Shown here: one piece after another, positions 1 to 14,446 of the stretch
How positions within the stretch are numbered: position 1 is the first letter of the stretch
How the letters are laid out: each line of letters starts with the position of its first letter
DNA from: Tubulanus polymorphus
Lineage: Eukaryota > Animalia > Nemertea
Direction: 5' to 3'
Length of the DNA: 64,000 nt
Assembly: GCF_964204645.1 (NCBI RefSeq)
Contig: NC_134028.1
Coordinates: forward strand, 5,642,001-5,706,000
Program-made: the position numbers and the translations under genes
The notes under the pieces: generated by a model
The model's input: only the letters and a program-made list of their open reading frames with translations
Database searches by the model: none
What the model was told of the DNA's origin: nothing

Positions 1-1059
1 GGCGAACTCGTTACATAGACGTGTCTATCCTGTCGTGATCAAATTTGATAAGACATTCGAAAATCTATCAATCACCAAGTTCACTGTAAATTCGACAGCC
101 GATCACACAACTATATCTGTAGGCGCTACTTCGATTTCCGATTTCAAAATCAAACCCCCCTGTTTCGCTCCCGGCAGGTGTGGTGGCTATGTAAGGGACA
201 CCGAATCAAACCAAAACAAATCAAACTAAATCTATCTATCAAATAAGTAACAGGGTAATCCATATTTTAAGATTTCAAAATTAACATCCGACGTTTAAAG
301 ATGGTTTGGCCATTGATTGACAATTGAGTGTTGCGGTCTCGTCTGTCCAAGGGATGTTGATGATTTATCCATACATTCCTAGAGGGAAACTATGCATATC
401 TATCTTTCAATACTTTTTCCAGTTCTGACTGCGGTATCGACGACGCGAATCTAGATTGTTGGCGGGATAATATAGACTTCTATTCGAACGCGATTCTGCA
501 GTCTGTCAACCAGCGAGGAATCGTAGCTAATCACATCGGAGAATGGAAAAGAAAGCGAAATATGGCCATATACGACCCGGTCAGAGCGGCGGCGGTTATT
601 GAAAAAATAGCGGATAAAAACCCTGGACCTATGCCCGATAGCGCTATAAAAGTCATATTTACTGATATAGTCAACGAGGTACGTATTGCGCTGAAAACAA
701 ACGTAATTATTTCTATTCAGATAAGCTTTTATTGAGTAGTGCTGACGTCAGCATTCATGACAGCATCGTGCGTAACGGTTCTAATCTTATCGTTTCAGAC
801 GACAGTTTACGAGCAGAACTACCACGCCAAACCGCCCAAGTTCGTTTGTCCGGATAAAACATCGTGTGAATCGAATACGGCAGCTGCCGCGGTTGGAATG
901 CAAGAATCTCAAAGACTTTTCAAAGTCGTCATTATTCTACAGAGTATTATTCTAATAGCCCAATTTCTAGCGTTAGGCATCATGGGTTATTATCTGTACA
1001 AAGAACGTCGCAACAGGCAACGAGCACCGGAAGATAGTGAACTGAGGCCGTACAAATAA
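1..1059 (+). CDS. 5'-truncated spliced gene: type I membrane protein with an AroQ (chorismate mutase type II) domain and C-terminal TM helix; exons <1-177, 423-678, 799-1059
   Basis: Hand translation of 423-678 (absent from the ORF track): SDCGIDDANLDCWRDNIDFYSNAILQSVNQRGIVANHIGEWKRKRNMAIYDPVRAAAVIEKIADKNPGPMPDSAIKVIFTDIVNE, continuing TTVYEQ in the next exon. R..R..K..D..R spacing (17/11/9/3) equals E. coli CM R11/R28/K39/D48/R51. GT-AG introns 178-422 (phase 2) and 679-798 (phase 0) keep the frame. Hydrophobic VVIILQSIILIAQFLALGIMGYYLY is followed by basic KERRNRQR. Confidence 0.85.
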
Positions 1060-1628
1060 TGTCAAGGTCACATTTCGGCCGGCAATAATTGAAAAAGACA
1101 ACAAAACGGGAAACCTTTTGAATAAAATGCTACCTCTTTGTCTGCTAGAAATTTGATATGATATTTTCAACATTATTTTGGTTGTTATATAAATCAACAA
1201 ACGATATTCTAAGATATTTTCAATAATACCGTTAGAAAAAAATCTATAGAAATTTATGACAAAAGAAACGACTGTATGATAAGATTAACGGCAAATTTAT
1301 ATAGCATGTATTTTCACATTTACAAAATGTATGTAATTTCAATCTGTAATATTGAAACACAATGTAAATATTTATAGATATATACACATACAATAAGTGA
1401 TGTAAACATTTATTTGTTATGTAAAGCTTATATTCATATGTTGATGTTTCAATGGAAAACAAGCGATATTTTGTAAAAAATAAAACATTTAGATTCCATA
1501 ATATTCAATAATGAAGTTGACAGTCGATTTTGATTCAGGAAAGATGTGAAAATCATATGGAATGATCTTTGAAATCCCATTTCTCGTCGTTTTTCTGGAT
1601 TTCAACATTCCTCTTGTCTGCTGGCCAT

Positions 1629-2990
1629 TCACAGCTCGCCCCGTCGGCTATCCGCCACTTTACTGGTCAAGACAGCGTATTCAATAAATTGTTGCAGTGT
1701 GCGCAAATCAGCTTCCATGTAGCTATTCCGTTGCGCATCTTTTGCAATGATAGTACGAAATATCTCAGCCAGACCTCGAAATCTGACAACGAAGCTTGTG
1801 ACGTCACTCATATGCAGACTAATAACTACGGAATCGTCATTTTCCAGAACAAGGCCTCCGGCAAATAGGAAACCTTGCATCTTTGACTGCGATTTATTTT
1901 TAGAAGCCCTTTCGATGAATTTCGAGTTAACGTTTAATGGCGCGCTTGTATACACGATGTGAAAATAATCGGCTCGCATGATAACTAAATGAGCGGCATG
2001 GAGCACTTTCCCCGAGTTCAAGACGCGGGATCGAGCAACGCTGATGTAATACGGCCATCTGTACAATTCAAACGGTGTCGCTCCGCGCAGCAAGTCGGCG
2101 CTGTTTGAAAACGGATGTCTTTTTCGATCCGCTTGTTGGTGGACGAATTTGCAGACCAGTTCATCGCCGGCGACTTCGACCAGACAGGCGATCACTCGCG
2201 ATGGGTCAAACGTGTAAACAAAGTGTAACGTATCGTTAACTACGAACGGTGCCCAGTTCTTTTCTCGAAAGTTTAATCGTTCGTTTTGAATGATTACTTT
2301 TTGTATGGTGTTTTTTGCTAGATTCCATATGAACATATGCTCGCTGCTTTCGTAGTCTTCGCTCTGCAGCGGAAGGGACATGTATAACGTATCCCGAAGT
2401 ACGAACAGAGTCGGATTGATGGCTCGGCCGTATAGAATGTTCTTATAGCCTTTAACCTCGGGTGGAACTAGAATTCTCCCCTGGGAAACTGGTCGCAGGT
2501 TGGCATCGTATTTCTGCATGTACAGGAAGTTATCGCCGACATCTGCGTCGGGATATTTGCGCAGACGTATTTCATCTTCGGTCGGGTTGTTAACGCGAAT
2601 GCGCAAGACGACGACCAGCTCGCCTCGAAACCAAGTCATCGCCGGGCTGACAGCGCGGAGGCCAGACGTTTGGACTAGACCCCGCTGGAAGTGGGCTACG
2701 AATCCTTGTTGGATGTGCGATTCATCGAGGGCGTGAACGATTCCAATAGAAGCCGCAGCACCGAATATTTCCCCGCCCCTGTCGGAAAAATAACTCCCGA
2801 CGATAGTGAAATTTCTCATAGTTTCGATGTGTTTCTGCGTCAGACTAGCCCTGTTTATAAATTTCTCCATATCATTGTCCGCGTTATAGCTAAGAATTCC
2901 GGCAAGTTTGTAGCCGACGAATAAAACAAACGAAACGAATATGAGCAATTTCCCGATATTCAAAAACTGTCTTCTCTGTCGTTCCCTCAT
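1629..2990 (-). CDS. Type II membrane protein with an uninterrupted CDS (~453 aa); 5-bladed beta-propeller glycosyltransferase/glycoside-phosphorylase-like (GT91/GH130-like fold)
   Basis: 472-aa ORF 1629-3047. Likely start is ATG 2990 (MRERQRRQ), just after a pyrimidine-rich acceptor TTTTTCAG. Short basic tail, then TM segment LLIFVSFVLFVGY. Motifs SPAMTWFRGELVVVLR, REKNWAPF..LHFVYTFDP and LRGATP. Family assignment is from recalled motifs only. Confidence 0.7.
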   Translation of the reverse strand: MRERQRRQFLNIGKLLIFVSFVLFVGYKLAGILSYNADNDMEKFINRASLTQKHIETMRNFTIVGSYFSDRGGEIFGAAASIGIVHALDESHIQQGFVAHFQRGLVQTSGLRAVSPAMTWFRGELVVVLRIRVNNPTEDEIRLRKYPDADVGDNFLYMQKYDANLRPVSQGRILVPPEVKGYKNILYGRAINPTLFVLRDTLYMSLPLQSEDYESSEHMFIWNLAKNTIQKVIIQNERLNFREKNWAPFVVNDTLHFVYTFDPSRVIACLVEVAGDELVCKFVHQQADRKRHPFSNSADLLRGATPFELYRWPYYISVARSRVLNSGKVLHAAHLVIMRADYFHIVYTSAPLNVNSKFIERASKNKSQSKMQGFLFAGGLVLENDDSVVISLHMSDVTSFVVRFRGLAEIFRTIIAKDAQRNSYMEADLRTLQQFIEYAVLTSKVADSRRGEL

Positions 2991-3891
2991 AGTGAACTGA
3001 AAAACGCCAAGCACAGGAGAAATAACACACAAACAAATGACATTCATTTAATCTCTATAGAGATCTTCGATACGTATTTCATTTTCAAGGTTTTAACGTG
3101 TATCGAATAAAGGTCAATTCATAACCAAAAATTGAAATCACATAGTTACGTACTTTAAAAATGATCGTTAATTCCAAAGAGTTAAGTTAAGTGTATTCCA
3201 GAGTATTGTGTATTACCTTCTGTATTACGTTCGTTCGTCTGTCGTACAGTCCAGTACATTGAGGGCCAAACATGTCATAGCACCTTGCAGCAAAATCGCC
3301 CGAGCACGAACGTTACACACTACTTCATACAGTTGGTGGTCATACCTGCAATTATGTCTACAGTGATTTAACGACCGTGAAGTTGTCCAAAGGGTAACCG
3401 ATTTCTAAGCCCTCTGTTTCGTTCCCAGCAGGTGTGGTGGGTTTGTAACGGGCACTCCATCGTCATTTTGATGAACAAATTACATCTTCAACGTTATGGA
3501 AAAATTTCCCCTGGAAACTAGAGAATGATGATCTCTATTCGATTATTTTTTAAAGTTTGAACGTAGCGGAATAATGGATTGACATTATAAATTAAACAAA
3601 TGGATATTTGATTTGAGTTGAAATCAAACGGTGAACCAACCATATAGAAGCCTTTGAAACTAAAAAATCATTTTGGGCGATGTGTTAGGTCTGAGATATT
3701 GACCAGGCGGTCGACTGATAAGACGATCTATTACATCGCCATGATATGTGTAATTATTATCTGCATTGGTTGTTCAATGATTAACGCTTCATTATCCGTC
3801 AATATATACCCCTCTCATTGCTTCCACTTCACACAAACTTGTTTGTCTTCAGTTCCCGATTGATCGCAAGTCATCACTAGTCATCAACATC

Positions 3892-5015
3892 ATGTTTAGA
3901 TTCGCTGTCGTTCTGCTGTGCTTTGTCCTGTTCAGCTCCGCTTACGAGCGTAAGTACTTGGCTAAGTCCAAATCATGGTTATTGCCTTTACTGCAGAACC
4001 GCTAAGTTTACAATTTACTACCTCGATTTATTGCCGTTTTTATACATTGTCGATCACTGTCAGTCACTGCAGTCGACATTCGCGGAAGTCCTAGAATATC
4101 TTGGATCGGTCATTAGCCAGAAACGTATCATATACATATATGTATATATAACTGGATCTAAATTATTCTACGAAAAATCGGCAGTAAAGGTTCATGCATT
4201 AAATACAAATATTTGTTGAATAGAAAAACATTAACAAATCTAGAAAAATATCACTTATTAGTCGAAATCAACATAGAAAGATAACCCTTTATAATTTGCT
4301 GTGGTTATGATTTAAGTAATGAGAGATGACGAAGGTGGTGATGGAAGCGACTCCGGCAGTGGCGGCGGTGGAATTGAAGAGAGTAAGTTTATCTTTCAGT
4401 TATCTATAAGTTTTAAAACACGCCGTAATCGAAGAGAGATTCGATTTGTGTTTTTTTTCTCCTATCGTTTTAGCTTGCGTAGATAAAAGAGACACGTGCG
4501 ATGTTAAATACTGCACCAAATATGGTTACTATTTACAAATGTTGGAATACTGCCCAAAGACCTGTGGATTCTGCGGGTATGGACTCCCCATAGATATTTC
4601 AAATTTAGGCCAATTTATAATCGGAGAAACTAATGGTTGTATGTATTTCTTTTTTTCAGACAAGGTTCGTATGCAAGCATTAAAAAGACCACTCGCAGCT
4701 CTCTCTCTTGAAAAATTCAGTCATTTCGAATGAGATTTGCAATTTTACATATTAAATCTCTGTTTCTTTTATAACAAAATGTTTAGGATGTGTAGATAAC
4801 TTGGCTTATTGCGCTAGCTGGACTCACTTGTGTAACCTGCCAACCCACAAAGCCTCTATGATCAGGGATTGCAGGAAAACATGCGGATTTTGCGCGTAAG
4901 TTCAACACTCATTTATTGCTTATTGCCTTCAAAGGGGTTAACTTCTTAACTGAAGGATAACTCTTTCAATGTAAAAATTGTAAACATTTCAAAACACTTT
5001 CTTTTTAGTTTGTAA
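3892..5015 (+). CDS. Small secreted protein with two ShKT (ShK toxin-like) domains, 115 aa; exons 3892-3949, 4317-4382, 4474-4576, 4660-4664, 4787-4895, 5009-5015
   Basis: Signal peptide MFRFAVVLLCFVLFSSAYE, Gly/Ser/acidic linker, then two six-Cys domains CVDKRDTCDVKYCTKYGYYLQMLEYCPKTCGFC and CVDNLAYCASWTHLCNLPTHKASMIRDCRKTCGFC. All introns are GT-AG and the exons total 348 nt in frame. AATAAA at 5102. Confidence 0.85.
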
Positions 5016-6654
5016 ATTTGCGGGATTGCAATTGAAGAAGCCGTGCACCTCGAGAAATACAGAACCGCATTTTTGACTAGCTGTGCTTTAAATGATGAAT
5101 GAATAAAATCTATTTGTTATCAAATGACAGAGTAATTTTTGAAGGTTGCCTTTGGTGTCTATGCTTTTTTGAACGAAAATCTGTGAATCTGTGGCAAATA
5201 TCCCTGTAAATAAACAACTAATTGAGTTGTTGAGTTGTGGTAAACAACGATCAAGATGGTGACGGAGCTGTCCTTATTCTATATGATCTGTGGTACGCAT
5301 TTTAGTGAACACTTGTACGCGTACACGAGTTGCAACCGGTAGATGTCGTTGCGATTGGCACCGTTCACGGTTCATGGGTTTCGGCGAAAATAAAGCAAAT
5401 CAGGACCAATTTTGGTGGGTACAACTTGGTAATATGCTCGATTAACCTCATTGATCTGTTGTTAGAGTAGATGGCTTCGGTTTGCTAGTGATGGTAGAGT
5501 TACTGTCTAGAAGATAACTGCAGAAAAGATTAGTTTACAAGGTGAAATAATTTAAGCCGGTGGCCTGGACCGGGGGTGAGTGTCGAGTGACATTACACAA
5601 CCCATTCATCACACTTCATCATCTCAGACATCTCACGTTATTGGCTGCATTCCAAATTTGGTGCGCCTAGTTATTGCTGACTGATTTCATCAGATTTCGT
5701 AATGTCACTTACTAACGAGTAGTGGGGACTGCTGGAAGAATAAATAAATCAGTCTTTCTTAACGACGTGCAGATGGAAAACAGACAGCATTCTGTTGTGT
5801 TGTTTCGAAGTAGTTGACTGACTGAGTTTTAGATCATGCAGGATGCGCGTATCACTATTGGATGCCTAGCTTGAATTCTTAATTGTTTCTGTGATTAAAG
5901 GGGAACTTAAAAACTATTCAGCTGATTTGTGCATTGTTGTATTTTTTGGGTGAACATCATATAGACTAACTAACCGCAGTCTGGGAAACAAGGATTACAG
6001 GTGAAATAAAAATGCTTAGCTCATTTTTATAGTAGGACTGTGCTTGTATTGTAATTATTAATTTCATTCAGATACATCTAGTGTTCCACAGCTGTTATAA
6101 TACAATGGACTCAAACGTGTTGAGTTTTACAAACAGCTGTTAAAAGAGTAATACGTGCTGTCCCTTCTGGCAGGATTGAATGAATTTATCTTTCAACGTT
6201 GTGGTAGCTGTCACTAAAGAAAGGGTTTTTTTTGCACATTAATTACTGGTTCAAATTATGCAGGGGGCCAAGTTTTATAACTTGCGGCCTAGAGCTCATT
6301 AGTTCATCTTTTATTATTTTATCAAATTTGCTGTTACTTGCATAGGACTGGTATGATTATATGCAAAAGTAATTCAGAATGGTTATTTCCATGATTTTTT
6401 ATTGTACTTTAACTTATTTTTCCGAGTTAGGTTGAGTTAGTCAGTAACTATGGTTAGCATACCTATTCAGGAAGTCTGAACTTGGGTATTAAAATTTTTT
6501 GTTTGAGTAATTACTTATCCTACCACGCTAACAAAACCTTGGAATCTGCATGTAAACCTCTCCAAATGGTTCTTGGAATTCTGTTTGACATGATTTTCAT
6601 TTTTCAACAGATTTGTGATTTGAAGTTCGACTGATTGCTGATAATTCGGACGAA

Positions 6655-11600
<4,946 letters not shown>

Positions 11601-14446
11601 ACATCGGTAAAATCAGTGTGCTTTCACTGTGCGCGCGGTTACACAATTGATGATCATAGCAATATTTCCAACAAGTCATATAGCTCACGCCTCTGTTCTA
11701 CAATTTTACTATTCTAACCCTGCTGCTTGTACATGTATGTGTATATTGCTTGTCCATCCATTACCGTTTTAACTTCATTCATGTAAATTGAGCCCGTATT
11801 AGCTAGAAATAATGAATTCTGGTTTAGAAAGGCTGATGTTAACCGGCGTTTAGATTTACATTCATTTGTTATGATATTTTGAACACTGGTTAACATTTCA
11901 CTTACCATGAATTTGTCCCCGGCTATTATATATAATGTTAACGAATTTTAATAGTAATGAATTATGAGAAACTTAGAAATGAAATCATTGTTGGTAAATA
12001 TGTACCATGTTGTAATTTTAAAAAACCTAGTCATTTACTGAATCTGTAATTTTAACGCAAAGTAACTATGAACTTTTTTTTAGAATTCTTAACTGTATAT
12101 GTTGACAGATAAAAAATCAGTAATTAAAAGTAAATTTAATATTTGACGAATCTTGGTACTTAAAATGTAATCAGAAAAAGATTTTTTTTTAACGATAAGA
12201 AATCTTTCAAAATGACTGAAAGTATTTGATAATAAAGTAGTTAATCAATTGTAGAAAAAAAACCGATGGAATGTGAATTAGAATGTTTATATTGAAAGAG
12301 CTATGTAATTTTGAATTCGTATAATGAATCTTATCAAATCCATGATCATGACTACTGGTTTCATATGTTGTAATTTTAACTGTTGCTGTCACAATAGTGA
12401 ATGTTCTGGGTTTTGCTTGCGATGGAGTCAAATCTTAGAAGTCATTAAACATGTACATGTACCATTAGTAATGGTAAAATTCCACAATTTTGTCTAATAT
12501 CAGGTTAAAGGATATGGGGCGTTTTTGTCGTGAATAATGGAAAGTTTTGACCAGACAAGTGATCTACTGACTTAATTTATCAGTATTGACGATGTCTGTA
12601 GATCAGTCGGTAGATACTTAATCAGTATTCTACCGTATATTGCTATTATCTAGATTTTTTTCGATCTATGTGAATTTTATCATATTTCTCGAAAACGTGT
12701 CATGCATAGCATATATTACGATAAAAACTTTGTTTTACTAAAAAACCGGTCATCCAAAAAATATGATAAATTAGATTGATAAACTGTATGTTTTTTAGTT
12801 GGTGTTGAACCAATAAATTAGAAGATTCAAAGATAAATATGCAACAATGTTTAATCTCATTCTCTGCATACAGTAAACATCTGTTACAATGCCACTGTTT
12901 GGGACCAATGAAAAACATGGCGTTATAAAGAATGATTTTGCCATTTAATTTGAGTTAGATTGAGCAAATTTGGTCTTTTGGTGTTTAATGAGCAGTGGCA
13001 TAAAAACATATGGCGTTTTAACGGATGTTGACTTGACTGCAATTTGAGGAACTACACAACTGAGGACGAGTTATTGAAATGATTCATTCTTCCTGAGCCT
13101 GGTATTAACCCTAGCGTTTCCAATGAGTCAAAGGTCCTGGGTCCCAGGGACTTCATTCCTCATTATTAAAGATAATTGAAAAATTCCGTCAGCGTCATAT
13201 GAAGGTTTTATGCTACACAGACGCCACATACTGTTCACACCATTGCATAGGCAAGCAAATCTGTCGTCATAAGTTTATTTAGTTGATTCCTCTTAACCCT
13301 TTCAGTGCCTCTACACCGCAGTGTATACAGTATAAACATTGATGATGGACTTGGCCAGTACGCCGCATCGCAGTGTATCTGTGTTATTGGTAAATAGTTT
13401 TTTCTCTTGAAAGATGGCAGCACCCGTCCTATCAACTACCGATACACTGTAGCAGTTTAGACATACTATAGCTGTATGCCCATTATTCGACACACTGGTG
13501 GGATAGAATCTTTCTTCAGCACTTGCCGGTTTGATTAATCAGAAGCTCATTCCACTCAACAACTGTTAGAAGAAATGATTTGAAAATACCTGGTATGCCT
13601 TTATTACAGTAAATCAATGGAACACTATTTCAGTAGTGTTACCCTTCACAGAATAATATCCATACAAGTACAATATATTTGGTATATCATAGAATAGATT
13701 CATTAAAAGATCAATGTCAAATATATAAATGTAACCACTTTCATTATAACATGACCAATAATGTAGAGGTATGTGCAGTTTATACTCAACTAAACAGGTG
13801 GCAAGTGCATGCATGTTGTATTCCGAAGGGATAAAATCTGAGAAAATCTTTAAAATCATTAGACAAGAAAAAAAGTCATTTTAACCCACTCAAACCGTGG
13901 CATCTAACAAATGCCACACTTAAAAACTAATGTATAAAAATTAGATCGATTGCCAGTAATAAATTGTTCAGTGCTAAGTCCATGGTCCCATTAATGGGGT
14001 AATCTAAGTCAACAGCTAAAGTAACAGATTGTTGAACGGTAATTGAAAGTCATGGATATTAGAATTTCATAGTAAACATTAATACCAATAATAGGTTTAC
14101 AAGTCAATTGGTATTTAGCACCATAATATCATATTTTCTCCGTTTTGCCTAAATATACAATACTTAACCAGCATTGCCGTAATAAACAGGAAAATCAAAT
14201 GGAACACAGCCTAGTTTCAGAAAAAAAAAGGATTCATTTTCTAGTGTTATTTCCATCATGTAAGGAAAATTCTATATGAAAATGAACCCAGAGCTGCACC
14301 GATCATCGTTTCAGATTTTCATTTTGTAAAAAGTATAATTTGGTAAAATTCACGTTAAAATTTGACTACTGGGGGTGTATACACGTAAAGTAAAAATACT
14401 GGTAGTTCAAACTCTTCGACGATAAATCGGACTGGCGACGCGATGT

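Noticed and set aside
155-177. CFAPG resembling a Hint/intein N-terminus
   Set aside because: No Hint blocks (TxxH, terminal HN) follow; the next exon is the CM domain.
1-1059. Bacterial contamination as the source of the CM domain
   Set aside because: The domain is split by a phase-consistent spliceosomal intron and is contiguous with animal genes.
13293-13538. piggyBac-like MITE starting TTAACCCTTTCAGTGC
   Set aside because: The right terminus is too degenerate to delimit with confidence.
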